DNA of 64,000 nucleotides from the NCBI GenBank assembly GCA_041685825.1, contig JAWLFB010000002.1, positions 1,817 to 65,816 of the forward strand. Reading direction: 5' to 3'. The stretch's first letter is position 1. Each line of letters opens with the position of its first letter. Source of the stretch: Guyparkeria sp. Lineage in GTDB: Bacteria; Pseudomonadota; Gammaproteobacteria; Halothiobacillales; Halothiobacillaceae. Shown here piece by piece: positions 11,217 to 19,725 of the stretch. The translations under genes and the position numbers were made by a program. Below the pieces are notes generated by a model. That model was not told the origin of the DNA. It made no database searches and worked only from the letters and a program-made list of their open reading frames with translations.

Positions 11217-12163
11217 GAACGCCCCTCGTCGGCGAACCGATCGGTAGCACGCACCAGCGAATCAACGATTCCCGCCTCGCTTGCGGCATGACCGGCGTCA
11301 TCGATCACCTCGAATCTCGCGGTTGGCCAACGCTCGTGCAGGGCAAAGGCCTGGTCAACAGGACAGACCATATCGTAGCGACCATGCACGATGTGCCCCG
11401 GGATATCGGCAAGGCGATCCATGCCATCAAGCAACGGCGTCTCGAGGAACGAGTCGTTCATGAAATAGTGGTTCTCGATCCGGGCGATCGACAGGGCGTG
11501 GTGGGCATCGGCGAAGTAATCCACTACTTCGTCCTCGGGACGCAAGGTGGCGCAGCGCCCCTCCCACACCGACCACGCCCGTGCGGCCTGGTACTGAGCG
11601 ATCTGGTCGTCGCCATTGAGCAGACGGTGATACGCGGCGACCAGGTCGTCGCGCTCGCCGGGGGGAACCGGGACGAGGTAATCGCGCCAGTAATCGGGGA
11701 ACACGTGCGAGGCCCCATCCTGGTAGAACCATCTGACGTCCTGCCGGCGGCAGAGAAACACACCTCGCAGGATCAGCCCGGTGACCCGCTCAGGATGTAT
11801 CTGGGCATAGGCCAGCGCCAGAGTCGATCCCCAGGAGCCACCGAAGACCAACCAGCGGTCGATGCCCAATGTTTCACGCAGCAACTCGAGATCGGCGATC
11901 AGGTGGGCGGTCGTGTTGGCCTCCAAACCGGCATGCGGCATCGAACGACCGGCACCGCGCTGGTCCGGCAGGATGATGCGGTAGCGGTCCGGGTCGAAGA
12001 ACCGCCGGTGCATTGGAGTGCAGCCCGCTCCCGGTCCGCCATGCAGGAAAAGCACCGGCAGTCCGGACAGCCGACCGCATTCCTCGACATGCATGACATG
12101 GCCATCGCCGACCGGCAGGCTGTGATTGACCAGGGGTTCGATCGGGGGGTAGAGCGCACGCAT
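11213..12163 (-). CDS. pip: proline iminopeptidase
   Basis: HGGPG, DQRGAGRS, GGSWG, GRYDMVCP, AGH. Confidence 0.95.
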   Translation of the reverse strand: MRALYPPIEPLVNHSLPVGDGHVMHVEECGRLSGLPVLFLHGGPGAGCTPMHRRFFDPDRYRIILPDQRGAGRSMPHAGLEANTTAHLIADLELLRETLGIDRWLVFGGSWGSTLALAYAQIHPERVTGLILRGVFLCRRQDVRWFYQDGASHVFPDYWRDYLVPVPPGERDDLVAAYHRLLNGDDQIAQYQAARAWSVWEGRCATLRPEDEVVDYFADAHHALSIARIENHYFMNDSFLETPLLDGMDRLADIPGHIVHGRYDMVCPVDQAFALHERWPTARFEVIDDAGHAASEAGIVDSLVRATDRFADEGRS

Positions 12164-12395
12164 GCAGACGGACCTCGATTGGCTGCGGTGGAAGAACGGG
12201 CCGGGTGACGGGATCCAGTCTAGGGAAACTCTGCACGAATCGACAACGCCTCTTTACCGCGCAGCCGACAGCCGACTCGCTCAGCGTTGGTGCAACGGTT
12301 GACGCGCCAACACCCCCCGACCACCTTAGCAAGCGCCCCCATCGCCATGGTGTGGATATTGCTATCTAGAAACGACTGTGTCACCGGAGAGCCTC

Positions 12396-12656
12396 ATGTC
12401 ACAACGCGAGCGAATGCAACGCCTTGTCGAACTCAAGCGCGCCCTGGAAAAGGACATGGGGATTACCGTCGACATCTCTCGCTACGGCGTCGAGCAGCGC
12501 CTGCTACGTCTCGCACGGGCAAGCGAGGACCCGGCAGTCAAGGCCCTCGCCGCCTCGCTCGACGAGCCCCCCGATACCGCCGAACCCGAAAATACCGGCG
12601 AACCCGGCCCTCGCATCCGGGGCTACTACCGGGGTCGCCCCATCTACGACGAGTAG
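12396..12656 (+). CDS. small hypothetical protein (86 aa) ending GYYRGRPIYDE
   Basis: SD GGAGA before ATG 12396; gene-like codon usage. Confidence 0.65.
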   Translation: MSQRERMQRLVELKRALEKDMGITVDISRYGVEQRLLRLARASEDPAVKALAASLDEPPDTAEPENTGEPGPRIRGYYRGRPIYDE

Positions 12657-12739
12657 ACCCGCACGAATCGACGACGTCGTGCCCGGAGCACGACTGGTAA
12701 GATGGGCGTCCATCACCAACGACTCCATCGAGCCGTCGC

Positions 12740-13585
12740 ATGCCCGTCACCCTGAAGAACGACCCCGTCGACATCGCCGACACGCCGAAGGCGCGTTGGG
12801 CAACGCCCGGCCGCGGCCTGCAGAAAAGGGTAGCCCGCGCCGTCATGCACTACCGGATGCTGCATCATGGCGACCGCGTCCTGCTGGGACTGTCCGGCGG
12901 CAAGGACTCCCTCTCGCTGCTGCACATCCTGCGGCATATCCAGCGGCGAGCGCCGATCGATTTCGAGATCGCCGCGATCACCGTCGACCCGATGGTGCCC
13001 GGTTTCGACCCCGGTCCGCTCGGCGATTATCTCGAAACCCTTGGCATACGCCACTACCGGGTGCAGGAAGACATCGTCGCGTTGGCCGACCACCACATGA
13101 GCGGGGACTCCTACTGCTCGTTCTGCTCGCGGCTCAAGCGCGGGCTGATCTATCGGCTCGCCCGCGAGGAAGGCTTCAACGTGCTGGCATTGGCCCAACA
13201 CCTCGACGACCTCGCCGAGAGCTTCATGATGAGCGCGTTTCACGGCGGCAAGCTCAACACCATGAAGGCGCATTACCTCAACGACGCCGGCGACGTGCGT
13301 ATCATCCGCCCGTTGGTGGACGTGCGCGAATCCGCCCTGATCGACTTCGCCCGACGCTCCGGGCTGCCGGTGATCAACGACAACTGCCCCGCTTGCTTTG
13401 CCATGCCAACCCAGCGCGAGCACTTCAAGCAGCTACTTGCGACCGAGGAGCGGGACAACGGCCAGTTGTTCCACTCGCTCCGGTCGACCATCGCGCCACT
13501 GGTCGCCGAAGGTGCCGAACGGGCCATTGCGCACGCCAACTCCCACGCCACCCCGACGGCCCTGCTTGCGGACGCTCGCGCGTGA
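12740..13585 (+). CDS. ttcA: tRNA 2-thiocytidine(32) synthetase
   Basis: PP-loop SGGKDS, CSFCSRLKRG, HLDD, IIRPL, CPAC. Confidence 0.88.
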   Translation: MPVTLKNDPVDIADTPKARWATPGRGLQKRVARAVMHYRMLHHGDRVLLGLSGGKDSLSLLHILRHIQRRAPIDFEIAAITVDPMVPGFDPGPLGDYLETLGIRHYRVQEDIVALADHHMSGDSYCSFCSRLKRGLIYRLAREEGFNVLALAQHLDDLAESFMMSAFHGGKLNTMKAHYLNDAGDVRIIRPLVDVRESALIDFARRSGLPVINDNCPACFAMPTQREHFKQLLATEERDNGQLFHSLRSTIAPLVAEGAERAIAHANSHATPTALLADARA

Positions 13586-14505
13586 GCAAGAAACGTGATA
13601 CCGCCTGGTATCGCTGGCGCGGTCGGTTGCGCCTCGCCGCCGCACGCGCCGCGCTCGCCATTTTCGGCCGATTGCCGCTGCCGGCCGCACAACGGCTGGG
13701 CAGTTGGCTGGGCAAGCTCGCCTGGATGGCGCGTGGATCGATGCGCCAGACCGTGGAAGGCAACTTGGCCCTCTGCCTGCCGGAAACGGGCCAGGCACAA
13801 CGCGAGACCATCGCGAGGCAAACCCTGATCGAGACCGGCAAAGGGCTGATAGAAACCGCCTCGGCCTGGCATGCAAGCCGGTCCGACATCGAGGCGATGG
13901 TGCGGGGAATGAACGGATTCGAGGCTATCGAACAGGCACTGGCGGCAGGCCGAGGGGCCATCCTGCTGGCACCGCATATCGGCAACTGGGAGCTGGGAGG
14001 GCTGGCGACGGGCGCGCGCGTACCGACCACGATCATGTACCGCCCTCCGCGCGAACCGGCCATGGAGCGGCTGTTGATCGAGGCGCGCGCACGCTTCGGT
14101 GCCTCGATGGCGCCGGCGAATCTCGGCGGAGTGCGCAAGGCGTTGCGCGCGCTCAAGCGCGGCGAACTGGTCGCCGTCCTTCCCGACCAAGCCCCGCGCT
14201 ACGGCGAGGGTGTCATGGCGCCGTTCTTCGGCCAGTCAGCGCTAACCATGACCCTGATCCGCACCTTGGCTCAACGCACCGGCGCGGCCGCCTTCACCGG
14301 CTGGGCCGAGCGGCTGCCCGATGCGCGCGGCTTTGCGATTCACTATGCGCCGGTCACCGAGCCCATCGATCACGAGGACCCGGTCGAGGCCGCCGCGGCT
14401 CTCAACCGCGAGGTCGAGCGAGTTGTGCGCGAGAAACCTAGTCAGTACCAGTGGACCTACCGGCGTTTTCAGCGTCAGGCCAGCGGCCGGGGCCGGCGCG
14501 ATTAG
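13582..14505 (+). CDS. lipid A lauroyl/late acyltransferase (HtrB/LpxL family)
   Basis: HIGNWE, LPDQ, PFFG, QYQWTYRRF; GTG start overlaps the ttcA stop. Confidence 0.85.
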   Translation: MSKKRDTAWYRWRGRLRLAAARAALAIFGRLPLPAAQRLGSWLGKLAWMARGSMRQTVEGNLALCLPETGQAQRETIARQTLIETGKGLIETASAWHASRSDIEAMVRGMNGFEAIEQALAAGRGAILLAPHIGNWELGGLATGARVPTTIMYRPPREPAMERLLIEARARFGASMAPANLGGVRKALRALKRGELVAVLPDQAPRYGEGVMAPFFGQSALTMTLIRTLAQRTGAAAFTGWAERLPDARGFAIHYAPVTEPIDHEDPVEAAAALNREVERVVREKPSQYQWTYRRFQRQASGRGRRD

Positions 14506-14543
14506 CGCCAGGAAGACTGACCACAGCCGTCAGATCGGTCAGG

Positions 14544-15482
14544 TCAGTGCCGGTATCGATCGTCCTCGCCCGGCGGCGTGGTCTTGAAGTACTTGAGCGA
14601 CCACATTAGCTGGGCCGGGTCATCGATCACCAGATCCTCGATCACGTGGTTGATCGCCGTGGCCGCCTCGCGGTCGGTGCCCGCCGGCAAGTCGACCGGC
14701 TCGAGGAATCGCATGCGGTACCGTCCCGTGACCTCGTCGAGCTGACCGATCACCGGATAGACCGGCCGGCGACTGGCCCGCGCCAGCTTGCCCGCCAGCG
14801 GCAAGGTGGCCTTTTCCACGCCGAAGAACGGCGCGAAGACGCTGTGCTCGACGCCCAGATCCTCGTCGGCGATGTAGAAGAAACTCCGCCCCGACCGCAG
14901 GGCGCGCAAGTGTGGTCCCATGCCGCGCTCGCGCGGCAACGCTTCGGTGCCGTGCCGGGTACGTATCTCACCGAACCACCAGTCGATCACCGGGTTGTCG
15001 GCGAAGGGCTTGTAGATCGTCGAGCCCTCGACCGTCTCCGCCAGCATGGCCGCCGCCCATTCCAGACCGACGCTGTGCACGGTCAGGATCAGGCCGGGCT
15101 CGGCGCGGAGCCGGTCGAGAATCGCCTGTCCTTCAATCTCTGTCTGGCGGGTCAACTCGCCGCGGGAAGCGCGGCGGATGCGCCCCAGATCCAGCAGCGC
15201 GAGCATGTGTCGCTCCAGGTACCGGCGCAGCCATTGCTCGCGCGTCGCGGCGGTCTGATGCGGGAAACACAGCCGCAGGTTGGTGGCGATGATGCCGACC
15301 CGGCGAGGGTTGAGGCGCCGGTACAGCCTGGCAAGCACGCGTGCCACGCCACGGCGCAGCGGGTGCCCGCCGACCGCCAGCAGGCGCAGCAGGCCGATAC
15401 CCAGCCAGGTGGGCCAGTAACGCGGGGCGAGCAGGCCGCGCCGAAAGGCCGGTGGCCCGGCGGCAGAACGCCCTAGGGTCAT
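14544..15482 (-). CDS. lipid A late acyltransferase (LpxL/LpxM family)
   Basis: LAPRYWPTWLG, NLRLCFP, HSVGLE, DED, APFFG, QLMWSLKYFKT; start overlaps the trkH stop. Confidence 0.85.
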   Translation of the reverse strand: MTLGRSAAGPPAFRRGLLAPRYWPTWLGIGLLRLLAVGGHPLRRGVARVLARLYRRLNPRRVGIIATNLRLCFPHQTAATREQWLRRYLERHMLALLDLGRIRRASRGELTRQTEIEGQAILDRLRAEPGLILTVHSVGLEWAAAMLAETVEGSTIYKPFADNPVIDWWFGEIRTRHGTEALPRERGMGPHLRALRSGRSFFYIADEDLGVEHSVFAPFFGVEKATLPLAGKLARASRRPVYPVIGQLDEVTGRYRMRFLEPVDLPAGTDREAATAINHVIEDLVIDDPAQLMWSLKYFKTTPPGEDDRYRH

Positions 15483-16930
15483 CGCCGCCAGAACATCGGC
15501 AACAGGATGGCCAGAACGGTGAAGATCTCGAGACGACCGAGGATCATGGCCAGCATGCCCAGCCACAGCACCGTGTCCGACTCCGAGGCGAAATTGCTGG
15601 CCACCGAACCGATGCCCGGGCCGAGGTTGGCCAGCGTGGCGAGCACCGCCCCCAGCGCCGACTCGATGTCCATGCCGGTGAACAGCATGGCGAAGAAAAA
15701 GAACAGGAAGGTGAACATCCAGGCGGCGAAAAAGGCCCAGACGGCGCTGATCACGTCGGGCTCGAGGGGACGGCCGCTCATGCGAATGACGAAGACCGCA
15801 TGCGGGTGGATTAGCCGACGCACCTCGTGGAAGCCCTGGCGGGCCAGCAACATGACGCGCACCGACTTCATCCCGCCGGTGGTCGAACCGGCACAGCCAC
15901 CGATGACGGTAGTCATTACCAGCAGCAGCATCAGGAAGGGACCGTAGGCGGTGTGGTCGGTGGCGGTGTAGCCCGTGGTAGTGGCGAAAGAAACCAGGTT
16001 GAACAGGTTCTGGCGCACCGTGTCAACCCAGTTGCCTTCGGGCCAGTTCGCCAGAAAGAACGCCACCACCACCGCCGCGACCGCCGCCAGCCAACCGAGG
16101 AAAAAACGCACCTCGGCACTGCGCCAATAGGCACGTATGGACCCGTGGCGCAGCGCAATGAAGTGCAGCGCCATGGGCAGCGCCCCGAGGATCATGAACA
16201 CCATGGCCGTGACTTCCATGGTGGGATTCTGGAAGTAGCCGAAGCTCGCATCGTGGGTGGAGAATCCGCCCGTCGCCACGGTGGTAAAGGCGTGACTAAC
16301 CGCATCGAACCAGCTCATACCCTCGATCTTGTAGATCAGCGCACAGAGCACCGTGATGCCGGTGTAGACCAGCCAGAGCACCTTGGCGGTCTCGGAAATG
16401 CGGCCCGACAGGCGCGAGTCCTTGATCGGGCCGGTCATCTCGCCCTTGTAGAGCTGCATGCCACCCACACCCAACAGCGGGAGGAAAGCCACCACGAGCA
16501 CGATGATCCCCAACCCGCCGAGCCACTGGAGTTGCTGGCGATAGAACAGCAGCGAGCGCGGGAGGTCATCGAGCCCCGTGATCACCGTCGCGCCGGTAGT
16601 GGTAATGCCGGAGACCGACTCGAACGCCGCCTGAGTAAAGGTCAGGCCCAATTCCGGTTGCAGGTAGATCGGCATCGAGCCGATCAGTCCCAGTACGACC
16701 CAAAACGAGACCACGATCAACAGCCCGTCACGCAGCTTCATTTCGCGTCGGTGGTTACGGGTCAGCCCCCAGAGAATGCCGCCAAGCGTTACGCTGATCA
16801 CGAAGCTCAGGACAAAGGGCGTCAGGTTGGTATCCCCCATGACCCAACCCACCAGCCACGGCGGGATGAAGGTCAGACCGAATACCATCAGGAGGATCCC
16901 GAGAATACGGATGACGATCAGAAATTGCAT
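15479..16930 (-). CDS. trkH: Trk potassium uptake membrane subunit
   Basis: FESVSGITTTGAT, QWLGGLG, TGGFS, GCAGSTTGG, NLGPG, GRLEIFT. Confidence 0.96.
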   Translation of the reverse strand: MQFLIVIRILGILLMVFGLTFIPPWLVGWVMGDTNLTPFVLSFVISVTLGGILWGLTRNHRREMKLRDGLLIVVSFWVVLGLIGSMPIYLQPELGLTFTQAAFESVSGITTTGATVITGLDDLPRSLLFYRQQLQWLGGLGIIVLVVAFLPLLGVGGMQLYKGEMTGPIKDSRLSGRISETAKVLWLVYTGITVLCALIYKIEGMSWFDAVSHAFTTVATGGFSTHDASFGYFQNPTMEVTAMVFMILGALPMALHFIALRHGSIRAYWRSAEVRFFLGWLAAVAAVVVAFFLANWPEGNWVDTVRQNLFNLVSFATTTGYTATDHTAYGPFLMLLLVMTTVIGGCAGSTTGGMKSVRVMLLARQGFHEVRRLIHPHAVFVIRMSGRPLEPDVISAVWAFFAAWMFTFLFFFFAMLFTGMDIESALGAVLATLANLGPGIGSVASNFASESDTVLWLGMLAMILGRLEIFTVLAILLPMFWRR

Positions 16931-16948
16931 TGGATCTCGCCGCCGTCC

Positions 16949-18325
16949 CTAGAAAAAGCCGAAGCCGACCGAGAACAACTGCTCGATCTCGCCGATGCGG
17001 CGTTTGTCGGTGAGGAACAGCACCACGTGGTCGTCCGAGCGGAGCACCGTGTCGTGGTGGGCAATCTGGACTTCATCGTCGCGCAGGATCGCGCCGATGG
17101 TGGTGCCGTGCGGCAAGTCGAGCTCGTCGATTCGCCGCCCTACCACCCGCGAGGTGCCCTCGTCGCCGCGGGCGATGATCTCGATCGCTTCGGCCGCACC
17201 GCGGCGCAGGGAATAGACACTGACCACATCGCCGCGCCGCAGGTGCGTCAACACCTCGCCGATCGTGATCTGGTGGGGCGAAAGGGCAATATCGATACTG
17301 CCCATCTCGATCAGGTCGACGTACTCGGTGCGGTTGACGATGCACATCGCCCGCCGGGCGCCCAGTCGCTTGGCCAGCATGGCAGCGAGGATGTTGTCCT
17401 CGTCGTCGTTGGTCAGCGCGAGGAAGACGTCCATATCTTCGATGTTCTCTTCCTCGAGCAGTTCCGTGTCCGAGGCATTGCCCGAGAGCACGATGCTGCG
17501 GTCGAGGGACGCCGACAATTCGCGGGCACGGCGCATGTTGTGGCTGATCAACTTGACCTGATAGTCGTCCTCGAGCTTGCCCGCTAGCGCCCCGCCGATA
17601 TTGCCGCCACCGGCGATCATGATGCGCTTGTAGGGCTTGTCAAGCGGGCGCATCACGCTCATCACGCGGCGGATGTCGCTCTTCTTGGCAAGGAAGAACA
17701 CATCGTCGCCGGCGAGCAGACGGGTGTCCCCCTCGGGCGGAACCGAGGTGTCGTGGCGGTAGATCGCCGCCACGCGCGCCTCGATATCCGGCAGGAACTC
17801 ACGCAGGCGATGGATGGGCTCGCCTACCATCGGGCCGCCACGATCGACCTCCATACCGATCATCAGTAGCTTGCCATCGCCGAACTCGCGCACCTGCAGG
17901 GCATCCGGGTACTGGATCAGCCGGGCGATGTAGTCCTTGATCAGCCGTTCGGGGCTGATGATGAAGTCGACCGGAATCGCCGCGTTGTCGAACAGCGCCG
18001 GGTGGTCCTGGTAGTCAGTCACCCGGATCCGCGCGACCTTGGTAGGCGTGTGGAAAAGCGTCCAGGCGATCTGGCAGGCGAGCATGTTGGTTTCGTCGGA
18101 ACTGGTGACCGCGATCAGGATGTCGGCATCCGCCGCGCCCGCTTCCTGCAGCACGCTGGGCTGCGAACCCAGGCCGGTCACCGTGCGGATATCCAGCCGT
18201 TCCTGCAGCCAGTTGAGCGCCTCGGCATTCGTATCGACCACCGTCACCGAGTTGTTTGTCTCGTTGGCCAAGGCGGTGGCCACCGAACTGCCCACCTGGC
18301 CCGCTCCCAATACGATCACCTTCAT
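16949..18325 (-). CDS. trkA: Trk potassium uptake NAD-binding subunit
   Basis: Two RCK domains (GAGQVG, GGGNIG); 458 aa. Confidence 0.96.
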   Translation of the reverse strand: MKVIVLGAGQVGSSVATALANETNNSVTVVDTNAEALNWLQERLDIRTVTGLGSQPSVLQEAGAADADILIAVTSSDETNMLACQIAWTLFHTPTKVARIRVTDYQDHPALFDNAAIPVDFIISPERLIKDYIARLIQYPDALQVREFGDGKLLMIGMEVDRGGPMVGEPIHRLREFLPDIEARVAAIYRHDTSVPPEGDTRLLAGDDVFFLAKKSDIRRVMSVMRPLDKPYKRIMIAGGGNIGGALAGKLEDDYQVKLISHNMRRARELSASLDRSIVLSGNASDTELLEEENIEDMDVFLALTNDDEDNILAAMLAKRLGARRAMCIVNRTEYVDLIEMGSIDIALSPHQITIGEVLTHLRRGDVVSVYSLRRGAAEAIEIIARGDEGTSRVVGRRIDELDLPHGTTIGAILRDDEVQIAHHDTVLRSDDHVVLFLTDKRRIGEIEQLFSVGFGFF

Positions 18326-19722
18326 GCGCTTGTCCCCGTGGAGCGTTCCCCGCCGGTCTGGATACCCAGCGATTTGAGCTTACGATAGAGATTGGTGCGT
18401 TCCATGCCGGTCCGCCGCGAGAGCTCGGTCATTGAGCCGTCGACGTTTTTCAACTGGGCGAGCAGGTAGCGTCGCTCGAACTCGTCACGCGCCTCGCGCA
18501 GGGGCAGGTCGAGGTTAAGTGACACCAGCGCCGGGCTCTTGTCCGCACCGGCCTCGTCCATAGGGGCCAGCCCGAGCGCGCGCTGGACTTCCTGCTCGTC
18601 GATCACCTCGCCACTACCCAAAATCAGCAGCCGCTGGACCAGGTTCTTGAGCTCGCGGACGTTACCCGACCAGTGGTGGTAGCGCAGCAGGTTGCGTGCG
18701 CCGATGGTCAACTCGCGTCGCGGCAGCCCCTCGACCTTGTGGGCCGTCTCCAAGTAGTGCGACAGCAGCACCGGGATGTCCTCGGGGTGCTCGCGCAGCG
18801 ACTCAATGTGCACCGGCACCACCGAGAGGTGGTAGTAGAGGTCCTCGCGGAAATTGCCGGCGCGCACCTCGGCCTCGAGATCCTTGCGGGTCGCGGCGAT
18901 CACGCGCACGTCCACGCGCACCGGCTCGTTGCCGCCGACGCGGAAGAACGACTGGCTCTCGAGCGCCGAGATCAGTTGCATCTGGGTCTGCTCGTCCATG
19001 TCGGCTGCTTCGGCGATGAACAGCGTGCCGCCATTGGCCTGCTCGAGCAGCCCGTAGCGGATGCGCCCGTCCTCCTCGGCACCGAACAGCTCTACCGCGG
19101 CGTTCTGACGCCCAGACACCGCACTGCCGCCGGTATCGACGAACGGGAAATGCCGGCGTGCGGAGTTGCGATGGATGAACCGGGCCAGCGCTTGTTTGCC
19201 GGTACCCGGCTCGCCGGATATCAGCACCCAAGCGTCGTGGTCGGCGATCTTCCGCGCCTGATCGCGCAATTCCTTCATGTACTCGGAATCGCCAATCAAA
19301 TCGAGCGGATCGACCTCGCCACGTTTGAGCGCCGCGTTCTCCTGCGCCAGGCGCCGGTTGTCCAGCGCGTGCTCGATTAGTAGCAGCAACTTGTCAAGAG
19401 AGATGGGTTTCTCTATGAAGTCGAAGGCCCCCAGGCGGGTGGCCTCGACGGCCGTCTCGACCGTGCCGTGGCCCGACATCATGATCACCGGCCAGACTAG
19501 CTGGTCGCGCTCGTGCCATTCCCGGAGGAGTCCGATCCCATCCGTTCCCGGCATCCAGATGTCCAGCAGGATCAAGTCGGGTCGTCGGACCGCGATCGAG
19601 CCGCGTGCCTCGACCGCATCGGCCGCGCTGCTGACGGTAAACCCTTCGTCCTCGAGCACGTCGACCAGCAGGCTGCGGATCTCGCTCTCGTCATCGACGA
19701 CCAGGATGTGTCCGATACTCAT
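18322..19722 (-). CDS. ntrX: NtrX-type response regulator (REC-AAA+-HTH, lacks GAFTGA)
   Basis: DIWMPG, MSGHG, GEPGTGK; ELFG followed by AEEDG rather than GAFTGA; conserved position between ntrY and trkA. Confidence 0.85.
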   Translation of the reverse strand: MSIGHILVVDDESEIRSLLVDVLEDEGFTVSSAADAVEARGSIAVRRPDLILLDIWMPGTDGIGLLREWHERDQLVWPVIMMSGHGTVETAVEATRLGAFDFIEKPISLDKLLLLIEHALDNRRLAQENAALKRGEVDPLDLIGDSEYMKELRDQARKIADHDAWVLISGEPGTGKQALARFIHRNSARRHFPFVDTGGSAVSGRQNAAVELFGAEEDGRIRYGLLEQANGGTLFIAEAADMDEQTQMQLISALESQSFFRVGGNEPVRVDVRVIAATRKDLEAEVRAGNFREDLYYHLSVVPVHIESLREHPEDIPVLLSHYLETAHKVEGLPRRELTIGARNLLRYHHWSGNVRELKNLVQRLLILGSGEVIDEQEVQRALGLAPMDEAGADKSPALVSLNLDLPLREARDEFERRYLLAQLKNVDGSMTELSRRTGMERTNLYRKLKSLGIQTGGERSTGTSA

Positions 19723-19725
19723 TAG

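Noticed and set aside
12424-14505. 693-aa ORF from the track
   Set aside because: Only the part from GTG 13582 is acyltransferase-like; the upstream part is an off-frame shadow of ttcA
18322-19722. NtrX as activator of the soxY sigma-54 promoter
   Set aside because: Lacks the GAFTGA loop needed for sigma-54 contact; the adjacent regulator at 8283 has it
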